A DNA stretch of 64,000 nt, taken from Octopus vulgaris (lineage: Eukaryota). Numbering within the stretch: position 1 is the stretch's first letter; every line of letters begins with the position of its first letter. The stretch is taken from the NCBI GenBank assembly GCA_951406725.2, contig OX597817.1, positions 124,930,001 through 124,994,000 of the forward strand. Direction: 5' to 3'. Below, in pieces: positions 41,323 to 54,013 of the stretch. The position numbers and the translations under genes are program-made. The notes beneath the pieces were generated by a model. That model worked only from the letters and a program-made list of their open reading frames with translations, did no database searches and had not been told where the DNA came from.

Positions 41323-42238
41323 AATGTAAAAAATTCAAACTGGGACAAGAACGTGAAACATTTAGAAGACGATACAAAAAACACGGATGGGACATTCGAA
41401 GCCTTCAATCTTCAGTCAAGAACCAGATCATCTTCGCAATTTCGGCTGATTAATCTTGAGATTGCTCCGATCTGGCCAGCCCCAAAGGAAAATCTAAGCC
41501 AAGCGCATTAGATTCCTTGGAAGAAAGCCTCGAATGTATACAAAACAAGGACGGAAAAACGGACGATGTTACACGAGTAAAAATACAAAAATATGTAAAA
41601 ACAATAATGATAGCACAAATAAGAATACAACGGGCTCCTTACAGTTTCTCACAGCAAAATCCATTCACAAGGCTTTCGTCAGCCTAAGGTTATAGTAGAA
41701 GATAGTTGCTCAGGGTGCCATGCTGTGGGACTGAACCTGAAACCATAGGTGGTTGGGAAACAAACTTCTTACCATGCAGTCACCATTCTCACACTGAATC
41801 TTATCAATTTGAAAGGGAATGTGAAATAACAGACATTAAATGACGACGGCGATGATGATGATGATAATGATGATGATGACGATGATGATAATGTTGATTT
41901 CTATGCCTGCACGTTGACACCAATGAGATTAAAGCACGAAATCTACCACAATAAACGTGATAATGTACCTTGGTGCAATGGTTTGCTCCTTGCATCAAAC
42001 GATTTTTCAGATCATTTTGTTATCAATCATGCATATATAATTTAGTTTTTCTTTTTTTTTTAATATATTGTCAGAGAATTAAATAATGATAGCTTACCTC
42101 AAATTAAGTAAGGCACCAAAGCTAATGTTAGCAGATTAGGAAGAACTGTGACAAAAATGTTTAATTAGAGAAAATGAATTCTGTATGTGGCCGTATGCAA
42201 CAAAATGCTTCACACACACACATATATATAGACATATG

Positions 42239-42260
<22 letters not shown>

Positions 42261-42269
<9 letters not shown>

Positions 42270-42396
42270 TTATAGAAGGAGCTTCTACAGGACTAGAACT
42301 GTTTCATTCAAATGAAATCATCAGGAAGCTTCCTGATGATTTCATTTGAATGAAACAGTTCTAGTCCTGTAGAAGCTCCTTCTATAAAATAAATTA
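42261..42396. repeat. Perfect 136-bp palindrome centred on AAG|CTT (42328/42329)
   Basis: The arms TAATTTATTTTATAGAAGGAGC...CAGGAAG and CTTCCTG...GCTCCTTCTATAAAATAAATTA are exact reverse complements with no spacer. Confidence 0.97.
42327..42377 (+). ncRNA. Type I hammerhead ribozyme (mirror copy on the minus strand at 42280-42330)
   Basis: Stem I AGCTTC/GAAGCT, core CTGATGA 42333-39, stem II TTCA/TGAA (U-U at the 10.1/11.1 position), GAAA 42352-55, stem III ACAG/CTGT, cleavage triplet GTA 42369-71. Confidence 0.8.
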
Positions 42397-42454
42397 ATTT
42401 ACTCAGCTATGTATTGAGTACCTTATTTACTGTGGTTAACCCCGACTCAAACCG

Positions 42455-42495
<41 letters not shown>

Positions 42496-42499
<4 letters not shown>

Positions 42500-43025
42500 T
42501 GCTGCATTTATTTCTAAATGCTGTATTTGTTTTCCGTGAGAGTTTGGCGCGCTGTTGGTTGGGGCATTTGAATTATAACGTCCGATGTAATCAATTGAAC
42601 CGCACGCGTAGTTATCGTTATGGTAAAATCTGGCGTGTGATTGAGTGGATTTCATCCAGATAGTCTTGGCTGAAGAGCTACAAATGGATTACTGTAAGTA
42701 ATATTACATTTAATTCATTAATAGCGAAACAATTGTCCCAAAATAATCTGTATTTTTGTTATTTTTTATTTGCCCTGTCCGTGTGAGCTAACAGTCGTAC
42801 CGGCTTTCATGGGAAACATGTATTTTTCGTGGTTGAAACCTCTTGGATTAACTGGTGCTAGAGTGATCAATATAGTGAACACTCTCTTATATTTATTTTG
42901 TGAAAATATTATAATATGTTATAAAATATTATAATAATCCAGGTTTCTCGTAGCACTAGGCCACTTGGTGTGGAATAAATATACTATTAAATTAGTATCT
43001 AATTCTCTCACCCTTATTAATTAAT
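42496..43025 (+). mobile_element. ~530-bp non-coding insert in (TA)n carrying a hammerhead (PLE pLTR / retrozyme-like)
   Basis: Bounded by (TA)n on both sides, relatively CpG-rich, contains an intact hammerhead and an AATAAA near the 3' end. Confidence 0.65.
42657..42750 (+). ncRNA. Type I hammerhead ribozyme, apparently intact
   Basis: Stem I TTGG/CCAA extended by CAGAT/ATCTG; CTGAAGA 42670-76; stem II GCTA/TAGC with a long hairpin; GAAA 42726-29; palindromic stem III ACAATTGT; GTC cleavage after 42737. Confidence 0.88.
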
Positions 43026-43030
43026 TATAT

Positions 43031-43085
<55 letters not shown>

Positions 43086-43087
<2 letters not shown>

Positions 43088-43546
43088 TGGAGGAGTGGCT
43101 GTGTGGTAAGTAGCTTGTTTACCAACCACATGGTTCTGGGTTCAGTCCCACTGCATAGCACCTTGGGCAAGTGTTTTCTACTATAGCCTCGGGCCGACCA
43201 AAGCCTTGTGAGTGGATTTGGTAGACGGAAACTGAAAGAAGCCCATCGTATATATGTATATGTATATATATGTGTGTGTGTGTGTGTTTGTGTGTCTGTG
43301 TTTGTTCTCCCAACATCGCTTGACAACTGATGCTGGTGTGTTTATGTCCCTGTAACTTAGTGACTCAGCAAAAGCACTAGGCTTACAAAGAATAAGTCCA
43401 GGGGTCGATTTGCTCGACTAAAGGCAGTGCTCCAGCATGGCTGCAGTCAAATGACTGAAACAAGTAAAAGAGTAGAAGAGTAATATATATATCTCCAGCA
43501 TGGCCGCAGTCAAATGACTGAAACAAGTAAAAAGAGTAAAAAGAGT
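43086..43546 (+). mobile_element. SINE family B with duplicated 3' end
   Basis: Full copy to about 43481, then CTCCAGCATGG...AAAAGAG repeated at 43493-43546. Confidence 0.9.
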
Positions 43547-43613
43547 ATATATGTGTATATATATATGTGTATATATATATGTGTATATATATATGTGTGT
43601 GTATATATATATA

Positions 43614-44680
43614 TCTCTTATTATAAAAGGCAGATTTTATCTGCCTCCCTTTGTAAGTTATAGAAATCTACGATATAGGATTTCTTCAATTACAATTTAC
43701 CTAGCATTTTTAAGAGTAGAATGCATCGGGTCATGCCAGGTCCGGTTTTTAAAATTTCAACCCCAATTAAGCAAAATTTAGAGAAAACTCAAATTCTGGT
43801 GTATATGTCAAATGTTTTTCTTAATGTGGGATACACCACACGCAAACGCACACACACACAAAGGGAGCGACTGTTTCACTGACGCTATCACCCTTCTCCT
43901 CCTTTGTCTTTGCAAGTTTGCAGCTATTAAAGTGAAAATAGTGAATCCGACAGCGATTAAGAAAATGAATTGGTACCTGAATGGAGTGAAAATTTAAAAA
44001 CTGTTTCTTTCGGTGATTTTTCTGAAGAAACTGCACCAAGCCACAGACTTTCCCAGAAGAGTATAAAGCCTTAAACTATTTCTTTTTACTTTTTCGAATG
44101 AGCCTATTTGAAATCATTACGCTAAACGTAAACAAAGTGAAAGAAAGGATAGTTTGTTATTTCCCACAACCTTAAATTAAATTAAGGCCTATTTTGCCAT
44201 AAATATTATTATGGGTATCAGAAAGTTACCCAGAATAACAAATTCTATCGTAAAATTTTGTTGTATACCCAATTGAATATTAGCTAATAACCCATTTTCT
44301 ATAGCAATGTTTGAACAAAATTTTAATAATTTTATATATTGTTGAATTTACCTGTATCTACCTGCAATTAGAGTCACTTTGTGACAAAAATTATAGTGTA
44401 GAATTGGTTGAGAATATTTCATTAAATTATCTTCCAAAAATCAGATTAATATATTGATAAATAAAAAAGTTATAGTTGTTTAATGAAACCAGACTAAATT
44501 TATGATTACGTTAGAAATTAATTGAAACACATAAGGGGTGTAATTTGGTCAGAAATATAGTAACGAAAGGGTTAAGAAAAACCAAAAAATATTTTATTCT
44601 TTATAAATGTTGTATTCAAAATAACATTTTCTTTTAAGAATGTGTATATAACAAAGTATGTGTATATAACTACGTGACTT
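43614..44680 (+). mobile_element. Probable Helitron-like 5' segment / composite DNA-transposon sequence
   Basis: Starts A|TCTCTTATTATAAAAG directly after (TA)n. Contains a piggyBac-like terminus GTAACGAAAGGG-TTAA at about 44560-44574. Confidence 0.45.
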
Positions 44681-44683
44681 ATA

Positions 44684-45078
44684 TCTTTATATATAAGAGT
44701 GAAGTTGTGTGTCTGTCTCCTACGATTTAGATTCGTAACGACTCCCACATTTTGCGGTGCAGTGTAACCAAAACCGGGTATCTTATAGTCGTGATTCATA
44801 TCGAGCCCTTGTGGGTATTAGCGCGCGTCTACGATGAGTCTACGATTTAAAAAAGTTTACCATCATATTTTTCCATTTTAATGCATTTTTTTGCTATTAT
44901 GTAAGGGAAGTAACTCTCTAAAAATATCTACGATGTGTCAACGATTTAAAAAGAAATTTACCTTAATTTTTTTTCCATTTTTAATGCATTTTTGTCCTAT
45001 TTTTTGGCTATAACTCTCTAAAAATGCTTATATAGTTATTTCCCTTACAAACCCGAGCAACGCCGGGCGATACTGCTA

Positions 45079-45079
<1 letters not shown>
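44684..45079 (+). mobile_element. Non-autonomous Helitron
   Basis: 5' A|TCTTTATATATAA; 3' hairpin CCCGAGCAACGCCGGG (45052-67) followed by CTAG|T; no TSD; internal ~100-bp duplication. Confidence 0.8.
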
Positions 45080-45121
<42 letters not shown>

Positions 45122-45788
45122 TTCAACATATTCCGCTCCCCTTCCCAAGAAACCAAACTACAGCTTTTCTAAACTGCCTTTTTCTCTTCCTCTCATTTCC
45201 TCTTCATAAACTATGATTGTCTCTCACTCCCCTTCCTCTTCCTCACTCCTCTGCTCACTGTATCACTGCTTTCCCTCACCCCATTTTTATACCCAAATTT
45301 TTGCCAGTCACTGCAATCCCATCACCAACTTGTACCTTCTTGGCAAAACCTGACCATGTATATTATGACCTTCGTACCTCTCTCTTCTTTGTTTTAACAT
45401 CCCATCTATGCTCTGATATTTGTTACTTGTGAGTATACACTGGCATTTCACTATCTCTCTACTGCTTTTTCTTGCACTTTTGCTGTTTCCCACACTGTCT
45501 CTCTTTCCCTTGCTCTTCCTTCTGGCTGGGTAGCCATACATCTCCTCTACAGCAGCACAGCTGTGTCTGTCCTCATTCTTGATCACTTTCTCATTCTCTT
45601 GCTATTCCCTTTCATTAGGTAACCAAGTATCTCCTTTACATCCTTTACATCAGCACACCTGTTTCTGTCCTCTTTCTTGAACGTCTCTCTCCCCTCTCTC
45701 TCTCTTTCCCTTCCTCTCTTTCCTCTCGTTCCCCTCTCTCTCTGGCTGGGTAACCATATACCTCCTCTATAGCAAGGCACCTGTTTCT

Positions 45789-46175
45789 TATTTCTTTATT
45801 GCCCACAAGGGGCTAAACACAGAGGGGACAAACAAGGACAGACAAATGGATTAATTTGATTACATCGGCCCCATTGAGTAACTAGTACTTAATTTATCGA
45901 CCCCGAAAGGATGAAAGACAAAGTTGACCTCGACGGAATTTGAACTCAGAATGTAATGGCAGACGAAATACCTATTTCTTTATTACCCACAAGGGGCTAA
46001 ACACAGAGGGGACAAACAATTTTTCAGATCGTAACTGGTACTTAATTTATCGACCCCTGAAAGGATGAAAGACAAAGTTGACCTCGGCGGGATTTGAACT
46101 CAGAAGATCACGGCTGGCAAAATACCGCTAAGCATTTCATTCGGCATGCTGACATTTCTGCCAGCTCGCCGCCTT
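45789..46175 (-). mobile_element. Rearranged dimeric SINE A
   Basis: Two overlapping SINE A bodies within one TSD, TATAGCAARGCACCTGTTT (about 45767 and 46177). Confidence 0.85.
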
Positions 46176-46382
46176 ATATAGCAAAGCACCTGTTTTTGCC
46201 TCTCTATTCTCTGGCATGCTCTAACTTTTCCTACTCTGACACCAGATCTCCTCCTCCAGTGACCTCTCAGTTATAACAAGACATCTGTTTCTGCTTCTTT
46301 GTCTCTTGATCACATTCTAGCCTTTTATCTTCTGATACAAGTTCCCTCCCCAAATACCCCTGCTTCTCTCAAAATTCCTTGT

Positions 46383-46695
46383 CTTGCAAGTTACTTGGTG
46401 ACCCTGCCAATGCTGGTCCCACGTAAAAAGCATCCAGTGTGCACTGTAAAGTGATTGGCATTTGGAAGGGCATCCATCTGTAAAAATCAAGCCAAAACTT
46501 ACCTCACCTGTGCTAGTGCCATTTAAAAAGCACTTGAGTCCACTCTACAGAATGATTGGTGTTAAAAAGGGCGCCCATTTGTAAAACCCTGCCAAAACAG
46601 ACACATTAGCCTGAGGTAGTATTCTACTTGGCTAGCTCCTGTCAACAGCCCTACCCTTGCATGCATGGACGATGGACATTAAACAATGATAATGG
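46383..46695 (+). mobile_element. SINE family C-related copy
   Basis: GTGATTGGCATTTGGAAGGGCATCC...GATGGACATTAAACAATGAT. Confidence 0.7.
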
Positions 46696-46760
46696 TCATG
46701 AAGGTAGACAGATAGATAGATAATATACAACATGCATATATATATATATAGGTGTGTGTA

Positions 46761-46953
46761 CAAAGGGCTACTGAAAACTTCCTTGCTTTAAAGGTATTGC
46801 AAAAGGCCTGGCTGGAGGCCCAACCTTCTGAGTTCCTTTACAGGGCTTAGAAAAACTGAAGGACTACTGCAGTAAGTGTGTGAATCTGGGAAACTAACTG
46901 ATCCTCCTGTGTCTTCTTTTACCCAAAGCCAGGAACCTTTCAGCACCCTCTCA
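46761..46953 (+). mobile_element. Mariner-derived MITE
   Basis: TA-flanked; inverted ends AGGGCTACTGAAAACTTCCTTGCTTT / AAAGCCAGGAACCTTTCAGCACCCT; homologous to 33758-33962. Confidence 0.8.
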
Positions 46954-47028
46954 TATATGTACATATACACATATACATAGATACATACATACATACATAC
47001 ATACATACATACATACATACATTCATGC

Positions 47029-47060
<32 letters not shown>

Positions 47061-47115
47061 CTATATATATATATGCATACATATATACATATATATACAT
47101 ATATATGTATATATA

Positions 47116-47168
<53 letters not shown>

Positions 47169-47203
47169 TATCATATCATATCATATCATATATATGTGTG
47201 TAT

Positions 47204-47256
<53 letters not shown>

Positions 47257-48532
47257 CAGAGAGATATTGTGTAATGCACATACGTATATATATTTGAATA
47301 GATATTACTTTTTCTATCTCCTTTCTCCTATTGTAAACTAAATAAAGTTATATAGTGTAATGAAATTAGCAGACTCCAAGATCTTTGGTTAGTGCATACC
47401 AAAGGAATTCAACCTGATCGGAACAGGAGCTATATACAAATATGAAGGAGAATATAGTAGAAACGAAAGAAAAATAAAAGAAAATTGAATTAACTGAATG
47501 CATCAATATTTTATCTATTTGATCCTTTTCACTTTGTTTACATTTATATGAAAATAAAATGTGCTCCTAGCTTTTCTTCTTTGCAATAGAAATGAACAAA
47601 CAGCTTACAATGTTACAAAAGATTCTAAGTGAACAATTGTGTATAAGGCAGGACAAGCACAAACGTGACTAATAAATCACTGCCCATAAATCACTGTGTA
47701 TAGGAGATTGTATACAAACATGTCACTGAATTTGACTAGAACTAAATATCTTCTTAAAGCAGCACTACTGAAAAAGATAGCCTACTACATAACTGCAGTT
47801 GCAATTAAGCAAATGTCTGTAATATTTATTTTCATAGGGAAGTAGAGAATGAAGAATTGTTCTGTACTTCAAATTCAGTTTACTTCTCTCTCCACATACA
47901 CATTTAACAAACGAACTATGAACAATGATGACTTTGTCCTAGTGAAAAAGTCCCATTTTATACCTTTACATCTCTTCTCTTCTTCTATAAATAATGTAAC
48001 ATAGTGTAACATACTCAGTAGATCCTCCAAAATCACTGGTTATTTTGTACTGAAGAGATTCAATGAAATCGATATAGCAGCTATATACAAGTATTAGAGA
48101 TTCTAAAGTTACAATGGAAGAAAAAGATAAGAATATTGAAATAAGTATATGCATACTGTTTATATGATGTATTCCATTTTTTTTCACTTCATTAATAAAA
48201 AATAAAAATTAGATACATTCCTAAGAAGCAAAGGTCTTTTGCAATAAAAGTGAACGATGAATAAACTGACAAAATGATGCAGGTATATCTGTGTGGTTGA
48301 GAATGTTACTTCTGAGTGATATGGTCCCAAATTTAGTCCCAATGCATAGAATCTTAGGCATGTATCTTCTACTGTAGCACAGAGTTAAACAATACCTTGC
48401 AAGTGAATTTGGCAGATAGAATTCTATCCCATTGTAACTGTTAAACACTTATGGTATGCAGATTAATAGCTCCAGTTCTCTATAGTTACTAGATTTATTG
48501 AGTATTTCTCTGGGATAGGTCAAAATGATGTA

Positions 48533-48582
48533 GACACCTCTGATGAGAGATCAATAATGTCTAAAAATCAATTGAGGCTGTT
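48533..48582 (+). ncRNA. Degenerate hammerhead relic
   Basis: ACACCT-CTGATGA-GAGA..TCT-AAAAA-TCAATT-GAGGCTGT; the GAAA box is mutated. Confidence 0.4.
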
Positions 48583-49656
48583 CGTAATTTTTTTCAGTCT
48601 GTGGAGAAATATTTAAATTTACCTTCTTGTATATCTACTACATAGGTTACAAATATACATAAATGTTTATGTAAATATGCACACACACACACACACATAT
48701 ATCATATATGACATATATAACATAAATGTGTATATGCACATACATACATACATACATACATACATACATACATACATACATAAATACACACATATATACG
48801 TATACATACATATATATATAAAGTATGATAGATAGACATATATATAAAGTCTATCAAATATTACATTCACTGAGGAAGGAACTTCTACATGGTTGTTCAG
48901 TCTGCTAGAAATAGCAAACATGTTATCTTCAAATAACTCTAATGTCTTCAAAAAGAAAGATACAAATTTGGTTTGTAGTTTTAGACCAATCATAAAAAAA
49001 AAAAAAATGACATAATTGCCTTGTCAGAAATCTTTTGATCAGGGTTGGCAGGAAACTAAATAACATAAACTTTTACATTTCTACTTACATGATATGATTA
49101 TTGTTTGTATTTCATGCTTATGGTTTTGAACAGATTGGAGTAGATAAATTATTTTTATTATTTTAGGATATGTAATAAATATAAGAAATAATCCCAGGAG
49201 AAAAGCTGTAATCATTGATAGGCATGAAAGTAGGTGGGGGCTTTGAGGATTTAGGAACAACAGAAGTATACGAGTAGGGCCCTGTAGTCATGGAAACATC
49301 ATAATTTAAATGTAGATTTGTTGTAAGTTTGTTGTTTTGAATTACATACTCATAAACATTTTTTAGAGTCCATTAAATATCTTAAAATCTCGAAAAAGGT
49401 TCTCCATTTCCATAAAAAGATATTTTAAAATTTTCCTCTCTTTTTTGTATTAAAAGGAAATGATGAGCTGAGAATACATTTACTTTCAAAAGTGTTTTTC
49501 CCCTTCAATTTTGTCTATATTGTATTGCACATGTGCTATTTAATAATTCAAGGCAAATATTTTGGGAAGACGCTATATTATTGGTCAAAATTCTTGGTAT
49601 TACATTTAATATTTATTAAAATCGTTCAACTGATCAAAGCAGTCTTGAGAATGTTA

Positions 49657-49710
49657 TACATTGCTGCTGAAATCTTGTAAGACTGAAACAGTCCATAGCT
49701 GTCAGATTGT
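49657..49710 (+). ncRNA. Degenerate hammerhead relic
   Basis: CTGCTGA (one change from CTGATGA), stem II AATCT/AGACT, GAAA 49685-88, stem III ACAG/CTGT, GTC 49701-03, followed by AATAAA. Confidence 0.55.
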
Positions 49711-49973
49711 CTGTTAATAAAGATGAACATTTTTCCCTTGGGACCAAAATAGCATTTTTAACAAAGATGGTTTTAATTTCTTGAAATTATCCTCTTCCTT
49801 TCTTTGAAAAATTCTATACGTAAATTTCAAATTAAGTTTAATTCTCTTTCTCTCACTCTCTTTCTTTCTTTCTCTCTCTCTCTCTCCTTTCCTCTCCACT
49901 CTCTTACAACACAACAAATGTACTGTGAACAATAAGGACTTCCTCCTCACAAAATCCTTTCATTACATGCTCT

Positions 49974-50048
49974 CTTCTTCTTCTTCTTCTTCTTCTTCTT
50001 CTTCTTCTTCTTCTTCTTCTTCTTCTTCTTCTTCTTCTTCTTCTTCTT
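49974..50048. repeat. (CTT)n microsatellite
   Basis: Directly visible. Confidence 0.95.
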
Positions 50049-51019
50049 TATCTCCACCTCCTTCCATAAAGTAAATACCATTATGTAGTAAGTTGACACC
50101 ACACCAACTTCATTGATTATTTCATACTAAAAAAATTCAACAAGATTGAAATTGCAGCCATTACCATCAGGATTTTATTATTTTTCCTTCTCTAACTAAG
50201 ATGCAAATTTCAATTTATTTACAATTTTTTCTCCTTTGTATTTCATTTACTATATCACTACTTAGTTGAATTGTCTTAGAAGAAATAGTTTACTTCAGCA
50301 CAATCTGATTTATTTGCTGAACTAGTATGTCATGACAGCAACGATATGATTTAGAAGTCACATTAGCAAAGCTAGCACAACTTTCTAAACTTGTATGGCT
50401 ATAAATATGTCATACACTGTTTTATCTTCTTAAATAATATTGAATTTATTTAAAATATTTTAAATGTATGAAATAGAAAATATTTTCTTTCACTGCTGTA
50501 GCATTAAAAGTTGGTGAAAACATAAATGGATTATTTTATGATTAATATTATTAAAAGTTCTCATAATGAACAGTCTTTTGTTTAGAAGGAAAAAATCATG
50601 TAAGAAAACCATTTATATTTACTGTAAAACTCTTTACATACAAACAATATTAATGCCAAAAGAAGCTTCCTTAATAAATAGTATACTATTAAACTTATAA
50701 TATGTGTATAAGTAAACTAGTGAATTATAAATTGGTTACAGAAATTTTTTTTTAAATCTACCAAAATTTCATCAAAATAATTTCTAGATTAAAATAGAAT
50801 GCTACTAAATTCACTTTACATAAATGATATTTATAAAAGAAGATAATTTACAAATGAAATTAAATTTTCTGGGTTATTAATTCTGTTGTGTTTTTGTATT
50901 TTACTCTAAATTTTCATTACACCAATATTCTGTTCCTATCTATCCTGCACATACATACATTCGTACATGCATACATACATACATACATACATACATACAT
51001 ACATACATACATACATACA

Positions 51020-51052
<33 letters not shown>

Positions 51053-51144
51053 GCATGCATACATACATATATACATGCATGCATACATACATACATGCAT
51101 ACATACAGACATAGATACATACATATATATGTATGCATACATGT

Positions 51145-51530
51145 AGGTGCTAGTTCATGCAAAGATATCAAAGTTTTCTTATCGTATTGCAATTACAATG
51201 CCTCTATTTGTTGAACCATGTACACCACATGTCAGACAGAAGGATTCCAAAAGACCTGCTATGGTAAAGAGGTTTCTGGCAAGTGAACACGGTGATGACC
51301 TCATTTTTATTTTAAGGATCTTTGGATAATGACATGAACCCTCTACATGAACATGGAAAAGTGCGAGAACATTGTAGATGGCCATGTGCTCTGGGGGTGG
51401 GATCTAGATAAGGGTTTGGAAAGACAAGAGGAAATGCTGTTAATTGCAGGTGGTAATGCAGCAACAAGACAAGAGTAGTACAATATCATCAAGTGTAGAT
51501 TCCATGGTTGGGACTACTATTTACAAGTGG
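51145..51530 (+). mobile_element. Decayed RTE LINE 3' fragment
   Basis: MSDRRIPKDLL..SGK*TR**PHFYFKD resembles RIPKDLLYGEL..GKRxxGRPxLRFKD. Confidence 0.65.
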
Positions 51531-53342
51531 ATCTCTACAGTCATAACAAATACTGTTCTGACAGTAGTTTCCTTGTGAAGTTAATGGTCTCATGACAATA
51601 TTTTCCTAATTTAGCTAATGGTCTCATGTGTAAACATATAGTTATTTATTTATATTTATTTATCTATTTATTTATTCATGTGCTGGTTTTTACAAGTAAA
51701 TGTTTGACAGTGATTTGGGAATTTTGGATTGCAAACTTTCATATCAGATGGTGATTTCCTTTGATTTTTGGGGTGGAGTCTTATATATTATTTGGAAAGT
51801 AGTTGCTTTTTTTGTACATGGGGCAAGTAAATGATAATTAATTGTGGTATAGCTAGACAGAGTGAGTAGGTGCATAGAAAGTGGGGAATAAAATAGGATG
51901 AGAGGAAAATATATGTTCTTAAGGTGTGGATTGCTACAAAATTACGATCAAAGATGCTTTTCGTTTGAAAGGGAAAATTTTTAATTGTTTAGGCTTCAAT
52001 CAATAAAGGTGTAAACAGAAGTGTCATACACAAATCACAAGATTCTTTTCATCTCATGTTGGTTTTTGTGGTATTTTAGGGTTCACAAAGGAACGTTTAT
52101 TATCAATTACAGTTGGTTACACAGCATAGGTCAGTAAATGTGTTACTAGCTTTCTCTTAAGAAATTTCAGTCTAGGTTATTGAGAAGATTTGGATGAAGG
52201 AAACTATATCTCTAGTGTGGTTTTTATACTTACATTATATGAGTGTAGATAAATGCATAAAGGTGGCATAATTTTTTGTATGTATAGGTATCATGGAAAA
52301 ATGTAGATGATTTAACAATATAGAAATATTTATGCATATTTAGTTTGATATCAGTCATTTAATTTCTAATGCAGGCATTTGATGCTACTACATGATATTT
52401 GGCAATTTGAATACAGCTTAAATATGTAAGTTGCTTGTTCAAATTAAGTCTAGGGAAGTATATATATGTAAGAATATGGTAGATGGTGACCTATAGAAAA
52501 CCACTTTCTGTCTGTTCAGTATTAATGTTAAACACACAAACAAAGAGTGTGAAAGAAAAGGTTAATAGTCTGAAAAATTTTAATCATTATCACATGATTC
52601 TATTAAGTAAATAAGATAGTATATAGGCAAATCAAAACACAATTAATGTGCTTAATGATTGTAAAACTATCTTCCAACATATTGAATATCATTCCCTAGA
52701 TGCTCATAAATACTTCTAACCATATAACAAAATTACAAATATATCAGAATAATTTAATTTCTCATTAATTCACTTTCACTGCTTCAACAAATATACATTT
52801 CTGTATATTTACTAAGTGGTTCGATTGCTACTACTTATACAAATTACATTAAGTCTGCACTTCTGCTGAGAAGCACTAACAAGAATAAAACATGTCTAGA
52901 TAGGTCTCAGATGAATGACGTTTCAGAATGTTTTCATTTCTCAATAATTCTCTTTCCCTTCATTATCAAAATTTAGATTTATTTAGGTTTACTTAGTATT
53001 TTGATAGTTAATTCTTCAAAAAGTTCCTAGCAAGAATGGTACATCTCTTGTAACCTCACATACATGCCAAAGAAAAATATTATTAGTTTTCAACTAATAT
53101 GAGTTCTGTCTTACCATATTTTAAATTTTAAGCAAGAAATATTACACACATTTTGGGTGTGTAGTTATAATAACCTCTATGTACATTTTTGTTTCTATAT
53201 CATAAAGCACTTGTAAAGTTAAACCTATTATTCTTAACAAACTTAATCCTACTAAAACAAACATATCCTGCAGAATCCTACCAGATTATACAAGACGTTT
53301 GCTACATGCACACAAACACACATGCATGCATGCACATACACA

Positions 53343-53395
<53 letters not shown>

Positions 53396-53976
53396 TCACA
53401 CACTGACAAGTATTCAAAAAACTGATTCTTTTATGCTTTTGAAGTGAATGAGAGTTTTGTAATTTGGAAATAAATAAATATATAAACTAACACCTTCTCG
53501 CCCCAAAGTAAGAAAAAGTAGTCTCAAACTATAAAGTGAATTAAAATAAAACTAAAAAAGAAACATATTGACAATATACCGAGTAGTGTCAAAGTAGTAT
53601 TACTTGCAAAGAGAACATCCCTTTAATTTGCATGTCTTTCTGTCTAATCATTCCAATCAGTGCAGTTCTCCTAATTGGATTTAATTACCAAATGTAAAAC
53701 TATTTCTCTGTACTCTTTTGTTTTCTTTCATCATAACACAATGTCTCTTTTAATTTTTTCTGGTTTCATTTTCTTGGGGAGTTCCTGATCACCACTTCCA
53801 CTAACCCTCAACACAAGCAAATTTCCTTTTCATCTTATGTATTGATGGATAGGTGGAGCAACAGATAACATGTCTAAAACAACATATATATATATACACA
53901 CATGTGTGGGCACATGCATGTCGATGTATTCAAATGTGTGTATATGTAAGTATATATGTATAAATGTGTATATGTA

Positions 53977-54013
<37 letters not shown>

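Noticed and set aside
41390-41420. Minus-strand CTGAAGA...GAATGTC as a canonical hammerhead
   Set aside because: GAAA and stem III are missing and stem I does not pair.
51900-52560. Possible additional Penelope relic (CDLCMT and FL*VT-like peptides on the minus strand)
   Set aside because: Similarity is too fragmentary to support without an alignment.
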